A stretch of DNA of 64,000 bases from Gracilinanus agilis. Lineage: Eukaryota. Below are positions 46,186 through 59,462 of the stretch, piece by piece (positions within the stretch are counted from its first letter, which is position 1; the number at the start of each line of letters is the position of its first letter). Position numbers and translations under genes: made by a program. The DNA lies in contig NC_058133.1 in NCBI RefSeq assembly GCF_016433145.1, positions 371,824,761-371,888,760 of the forward strand, read 5' to 3'. Under the pieces are notes generated by a model. It made no database searches and was not told where the DNA came from. It saw nothing but the letters and a program-made list of their open reading frames with translations.

Positions 46186-49149
46186 CCAGGGCTGTGACAG
46201 AGAATCTTGGGGTTAAAGGAGACCTGACCCTGCTGGTATGAGAGGTTATCTAACTCACATACAGGTGTGGTCTTATATCATCATCAGCATCTGCCTAGGC
46301 CCTTGGCTGCTCCTAATAGTTCCCATATAACAAGGGGCACATTATGCTTATATTTTCCAAAAATATCTGCTAGGTAAGCTACTTGACATCATTCAGTAGT
46401 TTTGAAACATTTTTAAAAGAAATAAATGAGTAACTCACCTTTTAGTATGACAACTACTTTAAGCCCTTTGCACAAGATAACTTGGCAGTATGGATCCAAG
46501 GATTTTCATGGTTGTTTCCAATCTCATTACATTGACAAAATTGTTGCTTGCACAATAGTGACTATAAGCTAGTTAATAAGCATGTTCACTTAAAAGAAAA
46601 AAAAATCCTGGGGTCTCATAGGGGATATGGTGGATTTACAGTTAATATTTTTTGGTCAATAATTAGGTATTGTTGGTGAGATCAATGTAAACAGGCAAAG
46701 AGGTAAGTTTTAATTCTGAAAAATGACTCCTTCCCACTGAAAATGGGTTCTAGACTGGGGGAGGCAACTATATTTAGTGGGCATGTGTGTGTGTACTCAG
46801 GGGTGTGTGTGTGAATTCTCCAACTGGGTCCTGTGTTGCTGGTGCAGGTGCCCAGGTTTTGATCACAACCACTTTAAATGCTTGACTTCTCATGCAGAAA
46901 GGAAGGTTGGAAGTTTGCACACTAGTTTATTTAGGCTGCTCTGGCAGGGGGAAGAATGGGAGGTTGGATAGGCTAATTGGGGAAGGGAGTGGTGGTGGGA
47001 TTGTATTGAAGAGGTAGGATGCCACTGATTTTCTGACTGGTTGATTCCATATCCTCAAGGGCTTCAGAGAGATGATTGGGCTAGATAACTCTACTATTAG
47101 ATTAATATGGAACTGGTTGAATTAGCTAATGTCAATATAAAAATTTTTTATCATTGAACTACATGAAGGCACGTTTCTCAAATTTGTAGATGACACAAAA
47201 TTGGGTAGTATTCCTGAAATAATGAATTAGGATTCAGAAAGGCTGAAAAAATTGGTTCAAATTCTATAAGACAAAATTTAATTTAATAAGGATAAATTTA
47301 AAGTAGTACTCAAGTTTAAAAACATAATTTCCCAAGAGAGTGTAATACAGATATCATAAAACTAATGTAGTTTTAGTCTAGGCTCAGTAAGACAGTTCAC
47401 CCAGATCCAGATCCAAGCAGAGAACTTCACATAGCCCTAATTTAATGCTCCAGAGTGGAAAGGTGGTTATCTTGGATTCTTAAAGCACAAGATCTGGCAG
47501 CAGGTTCTACCATATTAAAGATTTTGATAGGATACTGACAAGGGACTGTTTCTGCTTTCTGAAGACTTCACTATGTAAGGATAGAAAGGCCATTTAATGA
47601 TATCTTCTTTATTCCTATGAATCCATGAAATAAAGAAAAATATAAAAAATACTCAAAGCTGTGCACCGTTCCCCCCCTTCCTAAACAACAACAAAATCCC
47701 TAAACTTTATTAATGCCTTGTTGTTGTTTTTTTATGTTTTATTTCCTCAATTATATGTAGCAACAATTTTCCATATGGAATTTTCTGAAGTTATATAATC
47801 CAAATTGTCTCTTCTCTTCTCTCCCCTCTCCTGGAGATGATAAGCAATTTGATCTGGGTTACACATGTATTATCATGCAAAGTTGACTTCTGTATTGGTC
47901 TTTGTTGTAAGAGAATATTCATATAAAACCAAAACCCCCAATAAAAACACAAACAAACTAAAGTGAAAGATAGTATAATTTGATAGTCTAATTGATGCCT
48001 TGTTTTTACATCATTCATTTTTTAATATCCCCTTTTCCCTAGCAAGTCCACCTTTGTATCAAAATTTTAAAAAAGTTTAGCAAAACCAACTGACACAATG
48101 ACCTTGTGTTATCAGCTCTTGCAACATTCCCCTCCCATAATCCCTGCCTTTCACCAACCTGAGAATGTATATCATCAGTCAGAAGCCCAGGCAAGGAGGC
48201 AACCAGAAATGCCTGTGCTAAGTACAGGCAAATGCTGGCAACCCAAGAGATGGATCAGAGTCATGTGTCATCTCCTAGGCTCTTTGGCTGGAGGCAGCAT
48301 GAGGAAAGCTCTCTCAATAAGACTACTTTGGTCAAAAAGCAACTTGGAATGGGAGTGACCAGTGAAATGTGGAATCACTCCAACCAGAACAAGGCAGGCA
48401 TTCGGGGGTCACAACGTTGCTAACATTTTGTCCTGAGAATATAGAAAGGGCCTTGAAGACCTAGTTCTCTGAACTTCCAAGGATCCAGGAAGGCCCAACT
48501 ATGAGAAGAAGCAATTAGTGCAGGTGACCTATGTCAAGAATAAGCAAAATTAACCAATTCTACCACAAATATAGCAGAGGGAAGAGCCTACAACTGTCAT
48601 AAAGCCCCAATTCTGAAACCAAAGCTAGAGAGATGAGAGCCTTCATAAGCAAACACAAAGAAAAAAATAGATTTCCCACAAAGATGAAACAAATGGAAGA
48701 AATGAAGCAAGAACATGTAAAATCTGTATCAGATTGCTTACCATATTAGGGAAGGGGGTGGGAAGGCGAGTGGGAAGGAGGAGGGAGGAAATTTGGAACT
48801 CAACATTTTAAAAAAGAATATTTAAAATTATTTTTACATGTAATTGGAGAAAAATTTTTTTTAAATAAAGAGATATAAAAATGAAATAAAAAGCTCTAGA
48901 GGAAAGAACTAGGAGGAAAAAAAGGCTTACCAGAGAAGGTGGTAAGCCTTCCTCACATAATGGACTCACTTTAACTAGACTAGACCAAACAGAAATTAAT
49001 GACCATATGAGACAGTAAGAAGGAAGAATAAAAAGAAAGAAAAAAATAGGATATATAAAATATGATATAAAAATAACAGGAACAAATCAAGGAGAGATAA
49101 TTTAAGAATCACTTGATTCTCAAAACTAGGATTAAAATTTTTTTAAAAA

Positions 49150-49346
49150 TTTAAAACCCTTACTTTCTGTCTTAGAACCAATATGGAATATTGGTTCTAA
49201 GGCAGAAGTGGTAAGGGCTAGGCAATGGGGGTTAAGTGACTTGCCCAGGGTCACACAGCTAGGGAGTGTCTGAGGCCAGATTTGAACCTAGAACCTCCTG
49301 TCTCTGGGCTTGGCTCTCAATCCACAAAGGCACCCAGCTGCCCCCT
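49150..49346 (-). mobile_element. SINE1_Mdo-type SINE
   Basis: Antisense copy. Confidence 0.85.
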
Positions 49347-49379
49347 GACGAAATCACAAGCGAAAAGTGTCTATATATA

Positions 49380-49800
49380 TTAGAATGAAGGAGGGCAAAG
49401 TAAAGACTGAAAGAAGCTGCAGAATGTAAGAATGCCTATCTGTTGGGAAATGGATGGGCAAATTGTGGTATATGATGAAAAACTGACTTCAGAGAATGCT
49501 GGGGGCGGGGGTCGTATGAATTCATGCAGAGTAGAATGAGCAGAACTAAGAAATCAATTTATACAAGAACATCCTCAAAAAGAAAAACAACTGTGAAAGA
49601 CTTAAGAACTTTGGTCAATGAACAACCATGTTTCCAGAGGACCTATGATTACCCACCTCCTGAGAGGCAAATGATTAAAGGTGCAGAAAAAATATATACA
49701 ATTTTTGACATCATCATTGTATTTATATTTTGCTTGATTGTGCTTATATGTTATAATTTTTTTCCTTTCAGTTTTTGACTTGGGAAAGGGAGGCTTGGTG
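49380..49800 (+). mobile_element. L1 3' fragment
   Basis: gaatggatgggcaaattgtggtatatg; gcagagtagaatgagcagaac; acccacctcctgagagg. Confidence 0.6.
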
Positions 49801-50575
49801 AAGAAGGAAGTGGTTCGTTAGTGGTGATGCCAAAGAACAGAAGACTGAAGAAATCTTTGAAAAAATGTGGAGTGGAGAATGGTTGGAATATCAAAGGGAA
49901 ACCAGAGATGGTAATGCCAATTTTGAGAATAACATAGAATGTATTATGCACATTGAAAAAACAGGGGATACATAAATATAATGGAATAGTACTATGCTCT
50001 AAGAAATGTTGGATATAAAGCAGCACAGGCTTAAATAAATTAAAGCAAAGTGAGCAAATCGCACTCGGCCAGCATACACATGTACTACAAAGTAAATATA
50101 AACAAACACCACAAAACAAAGATGAATGCTTTGAAAATACAAAAGAACTAGCTCAGCCTCACAAAAAAGATAAAAAACCATCCCAACTCCTGACTCTTAG
50201 GGTTGGGGGGGGGGGGGGAGGAGTAAGGAATCTATAGACTCTTCTTAGCTGTGTGACTCTGATGGCCTGACAAAAGGATCCACTGGATAAGGAAATGGCA
50301 AACCTCTCTAGTTTCTTAGACAAGAAAATCCTATGGTAGATATGGTCCACGGGGCCATGAAGAGTCAGGCACAAGAATAATAACACGACCACTGTATACA
50401 TTGTCTCAGTTTTCTTTCAAAGTATTTATTGGTTTTGCTGACTTTTTTCCTATGGAGAGCCATCTAACTAAGAATTTTTAAAAAAGAAATGAGAAAGAGG
50501 TTGAAGGGGGAAATTTGGGGTACATAAAGAACAAAATATATCATTAAAAATTTTGGTTAAAAATCAGGTAATATG

Positions 50576-50780
50576 GGGGGGCAGCTGGGTAGCTCAGTGG
50601 ATTGAGAACCAGGCCTAGAGACGGGAGGTCCTATGTTCAAATCTGGTCTCAGACACTTCTCAGCTGTGTGACCCTGGGCAAGTCACTTGACCCCCATTGC
50701 CTACCCATACCACTCTTCTGCCTTGGAGCCAATACACAGTATTGACTCCAAGACGGAAGGTAAGGGTTAAAAAAAAAAAT
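50576..50780 (+). mobile_element. SINE1_Mdo-type SINE (young)
   Basis: Near-consensus with CpGs; flanking aaaatcaggtaatatg duplicated on both sides (TSD). Confidence 0.93.
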
Positions 50781-52195
50781 CAGGTAATATGAAGTAGAGA
50801 TTTATGGTTTTATGTGCAATTCTATTTTTGTGTTTTGCTGAATATATTGAAATGCTTTCTTAGTGTTTAAATTTTTAAAAAAATTAGAAGAAAAGGAAGC
50901 ATTTGAAGGATAATTATATGGAAGAAGGATGACTTATGCTTAGTGCTAGACAGAAGGATGGAATTTGCAAAGGCAGATTTCAGCTGTATATAAGGAAAAA
51001 ATACCAAATAATTAGAATGTCAAATTGGAATGGTCAATGCTTTAAAGGGATCTTCAAGAATTGTTAATAGGTAGCAGAAGGAATTCTTGCTTGGCTATGG
51101 GCTGGACTGAAACTCTGAGGTTCTTAGATTCTGTGAAATTATTCACTGGGAGTCAATTAGGCACTATGAATTCGTGAACTTTCAAGCCAATTGTCTGCTA
51201 AGCTGCATAAAAGGATTAAAGAGCCTTATGAGCTCACATACCTATAGGACTGATAAATTTCATGTTTTTACAAAGCAACAAATATTAATTTCCTCCTCCA
51301 TGCTGAACACTGTGCTAGATGTTGAGGAATAACATTTTCTTAAGACACGATCTGTGTGCCCTTTTAGAATTCATGGGCTTTTAATGAACAATTAATGATC
51401 TGTTAAGACACATGAAAAAAGAATCGACTGTCCCAGAATTCAGCATAAGATGTTGTAAAGATAAAACATTTGTCCCCAAAGAGTAAAATGCAACAAGGAA
51501 TATAACTAATCAAAGGCCAAAGAGAGTTTTTTTTTTGTTAAAGTGAAACTCAAAACCAAACTATTCCAATAGTATTTCAGTTAGATTTTTTCAAAGTTCA
51601 CTAGTTATATTAAGAATTCTAATATCTGCCATTTTCCTTAGGTGTTTATGTTAAGAATAAAAGACAACCCCCAATTTTTTTTTAAAGCAAAGTTTTTGAA
51701 GGTCAGTTCTGTGGAAGGAAGGAAATGGATTAAAGAATGCAATTTAATATAAGTTACACATGATGATGAAATAAATAAGATTATAAATTTCCTTAACCAG
51801 ATTTTGGCATAATGATTAGAGTCAAATATTTTGATACATTATATCATGTAAAACTTTTAGAAAAAATCCAATCTGAAATATTAAAATATATAAAAAACAA
51901 ATTACTAGAAATAAAAGAATTGTTAGGCTTGTTCTAACAAAATTTATTATGCAGTAATTACAAAGGTTAAAGACTTCAATTTAAAATAAAAACATATAAT
52001 TACACACATAATATAGTACCTTGTAGATTGATTTCAACAAATATCACAGGAAATACAGTATGTTTTTAAATTGGAGAGACAAATACTTTCTCATTCACAG
52101 TGTTAGACATTATAGGAAAGTCTGTTTACATAATAATTTTAATAAAGTCATGCTCTTATTAACAGTCCACACAATGCTGTATCAAAATAATTCTC

Positions 52196-52277
52196 TTAGA
52201 ATGTGAAGTACCGGGCAAACCATTCCTGACGTTGGGGATCTGGAGAAGCCACTGGTGAAGCTTCACTCTGAGGAGGA
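52196..52277 (-). CDS. FAM184A: FAM184A last coding exon
   Basis: (S)PPQSEASPVASPDPQRQEWFARYFTF* matches the recalled FAM184A C-terminus; acceptor ttctttctttttatgaattAG. Confidence 0.93.
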
Positions 52278-53587
52278 CTAATTCATAAAAAGAAAGAAAT
52301 TAAACACAACATTAACCTTTCATACACAAAATGAATCAAGATAAAGCACAATAATATACAACTAAACTGATTCTCCATATCAAAAGCTATGTTTTGAGAT
52401 TTTAGTTCATCTGGCAAAATCCACTCCACTGTAATATATCAGCAGCTCAGATGAGAGTAATTAAAGAGTCAAAGCTTAAGAATAAGAATAAATATCTTGA
52501 GAAAATAAGATGTCAAATTTTTTATTTAAAAAATTTGGAAAGAGCTATAGAGAAGGATAGAGAATAAGGATTCTCTTATAGCATCCACTTAGCTATAATT
52601 TGGTTTTCTGAATCTGAAAAAGCACCAGATTCTCTAAAGAATTTGCTTAAAGACTTGATCTAGTGAATGAATCAAAGTATGCTACTATTTCAGATATTTA
52701 TAGTTTCATGTAATCTTTAAAAAAAAGCCAGTGTGTTTAAAATCAGTTTACTTTTTTCTCAAAATTCTACAACTATAATGATAGGTAGAAAAAAATGATG
52801 ATAAGAAACTTAATACTAATTTAAAGGTTTAGGGAGCTATTCAATAAAATAAAAGAATCCCTACCGTCATTTGGGAAAATTATAAGTCACGCAACAATAT
52901 GTAATGGAAACTCCAGTAGTCATATTCCATGAACTCATGCACATGCATCTTACTGATTCCTGAACATACTCATGCACAGGGAAGAATAAGCAACACAAAA
53001 TATTTAACAGAATATACTTTATTAACATGAATTTTTTTTAATTCATGATTTTTTACTCTTCTTTCTTAAAGAGCCTGTCACTAAGGTTAATCATTCACTT
53101 AAAAACTAGGTTTTTATCTATCTCTGATAGTCTATTATTAGTCAGTGACAATGAATAGATTTGCTAACAGAAGGGGTCAAAAAATTAAAAGGAACAATAG
53201 TCTTATCATTTAAGCAAACAGAAAACTCTGGTAGTGCATATACATTTAAGTTATCTATGAACTAAAAACTTTAATTTCCTTCATAATTTACTTAATTATA
53301 AAACATGAAATCAACAACTATATGGACAATTTATTTTTCTTTAGTCATTTGAGTGATGGTATTTTATTCTCAGAGTAGTTAAGTACTGCATTAATTTTTC
53401 AAGTTTGTATGTTTCCTATTTTGGCAATAAACAAACTAATAAACTGCTAAAATCCAGCACATGTAAGGATAACAGAAAAAAAAGAAAATATTCTCATAAT
53501 ATAGAAAATAGCATCAAATTAAAAACTAGTATCAATAAAAAAAATTTAAAAATTTGCAACAAAAATCAATTATTAAAAGGCAATTGG

Positions 53588-53772
53588 AGGGCAGCTGGGT
53601 AGCTCAGTGGATTGAGAGCCAGGCCTAGAGAAGGGAGGTCCTAGGTTCAAATCCGGCCTCAGACACTTCCCAGCTATGTGACCCTGAGCAAGTCACTTGA
53701 CCCCATTGCCCACCCTTACCACTCTTCCACCAAGGAGCCAACACACAGAAGTTAAGGGTTAAAAAAAAAAAG
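53588..53772 (+). mobile_element. SINE1_Mdo-type SINE, short-tail variant
   Basis: Flanked by aaaggcaattgg duplication; same tail variant as 22776. Confidence 0.9.
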
Positions 53773-53897
53773 GCAATTGGTAATACAACTCTAAAAATAG
53801 ATTTCACAGAAAAAAATTGGAAGCTTAAGAATTATATTAAACCTTTTTTTTTTAAGACTTTAGGAAGTTGATTCATAATTTAAAAGTCATTTAGAGT

Positions 53898-54095
53898 GGG
53901 GCAGCAAGGTGGCTCAGTGGATTGAGAGCCAGTTCTAGAGATGTAAGTCCTAGGTTTAAATGTGGTCTCAGGCATTTCTTAGTTGTGTTACCCTGGGAAA
54001 GTCACTTAACCCCCATTGCCTAGCCCTAACTGTTCTGCCTTGGAATCAAAACACAGTATTGATTCTAAGATGGAAGGTAAGAATTTGAAAAAAAG
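53898..54095 (+). mobile_element. SINE1_Mdo-type SINE
   Basis: Head, CORE and tail. Confidence 0.8.
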
Positions 54096-54278
54096 TTATT
54101 TAGGAAAAAATAATTTAAACAGGGAAAAAGGAGTACTCTAATAAAGAGGCCACAAACATATCATAAAATATTATTTCACAGAAATATTGGTACTGAGTTA
54201 TTCTCATGCTAGTGAATTTCTGTTACTAAAAAGGCAAGTTTCTTAAGTTAAAAAAATCACTGGTGAGGCAACGCTCAC

Positions 54279-54348
54279 CTCAAAAACGTCTTGGGCTCTT
54301 TGGAAGGCATGACTGTCTGTGGAAGTGGTTTGCTGTTGTTGAACTCAA
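54279..54348 (-). CDS. FAM184A: FAM184A penultimate coding exon, visible 3' part
   Basis: EFNNSKPLPQTVMPSKEPKTFL(S) then donor GTGAGC at 54278; 5' part lies in the N gap. Confidence 0.88.
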
Positions 54349-54509
54349 NNNNNNNNNNNNNNNNNNNNNNNNNNNNNNNNNNNNNNNNNNNNNNNNNNNN
54401 NNNNNNNNNNNNNNNNNNNNNNNNNNNNNNNNNNNNNNNNNNNNNNNNNNNNNNNNNNNNNNNNNNNNNNNNNNNNNNNNNNNNNNNNNNNNNNNNNNNN
54501 NNNNNNNNN
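54349..54509. other. Assembly gap (161 N)
   Basis: Direct reading. Confidence 0.99.
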
Positions 54510-55504
54510 AATCCCTATATCAGGACATTTTAAAAAAAAAAGGAATATTAGAAGAAACTTTTCATGGGAGTGACAGACTAATGTGACCCAAAATGCAGTC
54601 TGGGTGATTCTTGAAAGCTTTCTATAATAATCTGTTTGGAATCCTCATATCCAGAAAGGAAGTATTATAAATTGGAAGAAATTGTAAAGAGAATTAAGGG
54701 TAGATGAAAGCACAATTCTGAGGGGGGAAAAAGGCTCATGGGAGTTAAAAAGGAAAACAAGAGAACTGCAGATGACATTATGCTAAAGAGTACTGACTAA
54801 ATAAACATCACAAGAAAGGAAAATTAGGTATAACATTGAAAAGAATGGAGTTTGGGACATTTAGTAAGTTTTCACAGAAAGAAGTCTTTGGCTCAAAAAA
54901 AAAAAAACACCAAAAAAAACACCAACCAAGAAAATGCTTCAGGCCATCTGCTTTGATACAGACTCATCATAAGGCTCATAAAAATGGTTTTGACCATAAC
55001 ACCCACATTATTCCATAGGGATAAATTTAATTGGGAAAAACTAAAAAAAAAAGTCCTTATTCCACTCAAGACAAGGAGCTGAGTTATAAAAATGATCATG
55101 CTTTTAAATTCAGTACAGAGTATTCATGAAGACAGGCAATTAAATCTGCCTAATTAGATCTAATTTACTAATTAATAGATAATGACATGAATTTGTACAA
55201 AACATTAAAAAAAAACCCTGCAGGCCTTAGAATTCACAGTCAATTTATATTTGTTTCATTCTTCATTCCACAGGAATCTTTGAAATTGTCAGTGGTAAAA
55301 ATGAGAGCTTAGTTCACAGACCCCAAGTATCTATCAATATGAAAATAATGAATCCTAAAATCACTAATGATTTCCTAAGCAAGCCCTAAATTAGTCTAAA
55401 GATGGGCTTCAGCCTTATCTCCCTTCTCCAGCCTATATGACGAATGTAGCATATAATTGGTGCTATTTTTCCAGTGCATTTCCCATTCAGCCATCCATAT
55501 GTCT

Positions 55505-55735
55505 ATGGTAGCTAGATTGCTCAGTGAATAGCACAGTAGGCCTGGCATCAGAAAAACCTGAGTTCAAATGTGGCCTCAGATACTCACAAGCTATGTGACC
55601 CTGGAAAAGTAACTTTACCTCTGTTTACCTTAATCCTTAGAGAAGAAAATAGTAAACTACTCCAGCATCCTTGCCAAGAAAAGCCCAAACAGGGTCAAGA
55701 AGAGTCAGATATAATTGAATGACTGAACAACTTAG
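55505..55735 (+). mobile_element. Mar1-type SINE
   Basis: CORE plus gagaagaaaatagtaaactactccagcatccttgccaagaaa RTE tail. Confidence 0.7.
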
Positions 55736-56919
55736 ATCCATCCGTCCGCCCGTCTGTCTGTGTCTAAGTATCTATCTCAATGCATCTCTCTAGTCAATAT
55801 TATTTAGGGGAATGGCCTATATTTGGATTGATAGTGATTTTTCACTTTATTCAATAGAAACAATGAGGAATATTTTGTCATTCTGTAGTTAGCAATAAGA
55901 ATATACAGCAAAAGGTTACAGTCAATTATTTTAAAGAAAGATTACAATAAATACAACTTAGGGAATGGTTCTTGACAATAAGGCACAGTAAAATACTGGT
56001 AATTTCATGTTAAAATGAGATCTCCAAATTAACTAGTTAGGGAAAGTGTTTTAAAATATATTTTATTAGTACATACAAGTATCTGTGATTTTTCTTTCAT
56101 GTAGTAATTAGTTTCCAACTAAATATAGTTGACATTGAAATGATCTAAGCTTAGGAAACATACTATTCATCAAAATACAAGTAGAATATATTCGTTTGTT
56201 ATTAAAGTAAAAACTCTTTCAATGTTAAAACTAATTCCTATTAGGAACAAAAGCAAATTAAAAACTTGATGGAGACATAAGTCCTGAATTTCTCTTCTTT
56301 AATCACCAAGTGGCATAATAGAAATTTTAAAACATATCTCTCTGTACTTCAGGTTGTTAGAATCACTAAAACAAGTATTGAAGTGATAAATTTGTTCTCA
56401 GTGAAATTAATTATGAAATATAGAATCCCATCTCAAGAAACCTACTTTCTTCATTTTACACCTTTGCTCTGAAGACTTGCCTCAATTTAGGAATTCCCAA
56501 GGGCTAAATTTTTAGTGAACTTAATTTATGAAATGCCAAAGTCTGAATTTTGGGATAATTTATCTTACAAAATAGGATGGTAGGAATGAATTTCTGTCTC
56601 CAAATGTGATGCAAAATGAGGACCTTGGTCATGCAAAATTAATATAGTCTTCTTTCTGGTGGAGAGCCTGAAGTAAATTTGGCCAAACCCACTGCTAGGC
56701 TGCTAAGTTAAAATTTAAAAAAAATCTGAAAATGCTAGCTATGTCAATAGTTCACAACCCTTTTGCATATCCTATTTTTGTGGTTAAAATGCATTTAATA
56801 GTGATTATAATTTTAATAATGTTGCAGATACATATGATGTCACAAAATGACTATGAATTTGACATAATTTTAAATGAATTTGTACTTTGTCACAATAACA
56901 TCTATATATGTTTGAAAAA

Positions 56920-57410
56920 TAGTACTACACACTATTGTGCTCAAAGGAATAATGAACTTGAGGAATTTCATGTGAACTGGAACGACTTCCTGGAATTGAT
57001 GCAGAGTGAAAGGAGCAGAACCAGGAGAACAATAATCACAGAGACTGTGGTACAATCAAATGTTATGGACTTCTCTACTAGCAGCAATGAAGGACAATTC
57101 TAAGGAGCCTATGAGAAAGAAAGCTATCCACATCCAGAGAAAGAACTGTGGGAGCAGAAACACAGAAGAAAAACAACTGCTTGATCACATAGTTCAATGG
57201 GGATATGATTGGGAATGTAGACTATAAGCAAATATCAATAATATGGAAATAGGTCTTGATCAGTGACACATGTAAAACCCAGTGGAATTGCGCATTGGCT
57301 ACAGGAGGGGGTAGGGGGAGAGAAAGAACATGAATCATGTAACCAAGTAAAAATATTCTAAATTAATTAATTACATAAAATTTTCCAAATTAAAAAAAAA
57401 AAGAAAAATA
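56920..57410 (+). mobile_element. L1 3' end with A tail
   Basis: ggaacgacttcctggaattgatgcagagtgaaaggagcagaaccagg...catgaatcatgtaacc...aaaaaaaaaaagaaaa. Confidence 0.85.
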
Positions 57411-57821
57411 GTACTATGTACTTGGAATGAGACATTTAGTCTATAGCACGCATGTTTTATTTAATTATACTGACATTTAATGAGATGAACTCTATATCAC
57501 AACCCTGCAGTAAGAGTACTTAGCCTGCAGGCTGTGGACCACTGAACTACATACAGTATTAGTACTATTATTCACTCTAGATAATAATGTAAAAATAGGT
57601 TTTTCCTTGAGTTTTTTAGCCCTTTTATTACTAATATGCTGTCTCCACATGCTTTATTACTATGTAAATACTTGGCATTCCACAACTATTAACTATTTAA
57701 CTACAACTGGTACTGCACATGTAGCCTCTGTATGTGTGGTCTTTGTCAACTTCATTTCTCTTTGAGGCTGTTTTATATGACTAAAGAACAATTGAACTAA
57801 GGATCAAAATACATATACAAG

Positions 57822-58018
57822 GAGGCAGCTGGGTGGCTCTGTGGATTGAAAGCCAGACTCAGAGACACAGGAGTCTTGGGTTCAAATCTGGCCTCAGACA
57901 CTTCTTAGCTGTGACCCTAGGCAAGTCACTTCATCCCCATTGCCTGGCCACCACTCTTCTGCCTTAGAGCCAATACACAATACTGATTCTAAGATGGAAA
58001 GTGAGGGTTTAAAAAAAA
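57822..58018 (+). mobile_element. SINE1_Mdo-type SINE
   Basis: Head, CORE and tail. Confidence 0.85.
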
Positions 58019-58222
58019 GCATTCAAGTCTAATCTCCAAGAAAACCCCATAGAGTGCTGAGTGAAGAGTTTGAGCATTTATTTTAATCCACTACTGAAAG
58101 CTTATGTCCACCACAGAGTACATGTTCTCTCATGCTTTATTGGAGGCTTTAGGTTATGAAGAATTGAGAAGTATTTGGAGTTTAGAAGTACCCTGTTAAC
58201 TCCAGCAGAAAACATAACTTAC

Positions 58223-58297
58223 TTCAAGGACCCATACTAGCCGCATCATGGGTAGTTCTTCCCCTACTGCAGATCACTTAGTAAATTCTGAGAGCTG
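58223..58297 (-). other. FAM184A: Candidate alternative (stop-containing) FAM184A exon
   Basis: ttttttcattcaCAG|CAG acceptor, GAA|GTAAGT donor, 75/72 nt, reads QLSEFTK*. Confidence 0.45.
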
Positions 58298-58685
58298 CTG
58301 TGAATGAAAAAATTAATCATTCTGTAGCCAACCTCTGGATAATCCTTTTCAAACTTAACGAGGCTGGTCCTTAGACAATAGGTATGCAATCCTTCAAAGA
58401 ATCCACAGTGAAACCTTTCACTTTAGTTATAGGTGACAGAGCTTATAGAGAACCCAACATTGCTCTCTATGCCACAATGGAACGCTAGGATTATGATGTA
58501 CTAGGTCTTTAGTAGAAGACACAATATGGACAGGTAAGGAAAATGTTAAGAGATTATCTCCAGGTATTTCTTTTTTGAGACAGGAACAACAAAATAAGTG
58601 TCCAGAAAACTTAGAGATTCTTAAAGCATTAATGTAGAAATACAGTTATTAGTTCATCTTCAAAGCCTTTTGCTAATACCTTTTT

Positions 58686-58940
58686 GGGGGCTGCTAGGAG
58701 GTGCAGTGGATAGAGTACCAGGCCTGAAGTCTGGAAGACTTATCTTCTTGAGTTCAAATCTGGCTCAAGGCACTAACTAGCTATGTGATCTTGGGCAAGT
58801 CACTTAGCCCTCTTTATCTCAGTTCCTCATCTGTGAAATGAGCTGGTGTAGAAAATGGCAAACCAATCCAGTATCTTTGCCACTAAATCCCAAATGAGTT
58901 TGTGAGGAGCCAGACATGACTGAAATGACTCAACAAAAAA
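58686..58940 (+). mobile_element. Mar1-type SINE
   Basis: tRNA-like head, CORE and RTE-like tail gaaaatggcaaacc..gacatgactgaaatgactcaaca. Confidence 0.8.
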
Positions 58941-59357
58941 TATCTCATTGTGGTATGAAAAGACTCAATTCTCAAAAGTTTATTAGTGGAGTGTAGGCTC
59001 TGGCAGGTTTCACAAAATGGAAAATCTCTGAGTATGGTCTGGATGACTGATTCTGCTAGGGACCAATCTAAGTAAGTACAAATTAGCAGGTTGGTGAATA
59101 AGTAATGAATTTTCCTTGTCTGGGGAAACTCATGATTCAATACTATTACTGAAGGGACTAATGCTGATATTACTCAGATTTTGAAACTGGAAATAGGCAA
59201 AAATGCATAGGTTTGACTTTATATTATTTGAAAAGTTAAAGATATGAGATTGGTATTTTTGGGAGAAAGTTTAATCTTATTAATATTAAAGTATCTTTCC
59301 ATTTATCAGTCAAGTTTATGCAACACATGCCCTCTTAAGAGTATTTAAAAAACATAC

Positions 59358-59462
59358 CTTCATAAGTGGGTTAATAACACCAACATTAGGACTTGCATTA
59401 AACACTTTATTGAAGTTAGTTTCTCGATTGACTAATTCCAGTTGATAAAATTTATTATCATC
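59358..59462 (-). CDS. FAM184A: FAM184A coding exon (35 codons)
   Basis: DDNKFYQLELVNRETNFNKVFNASPNVGVINPLMK; acceptor ttcttgttcctAG, donor GTATGT. Confidence 0.93.

Noticed and set aside
55260-55300. Plus-strand micro-exon (ttccacAG...GTAAAA)
   Set aside because: Weak donor, no partner exons, expected by chance
56732-57103. 123-aa ORF
   Set aside because: Chimeric reading through AT-rich DNA into an L1 3' fragment
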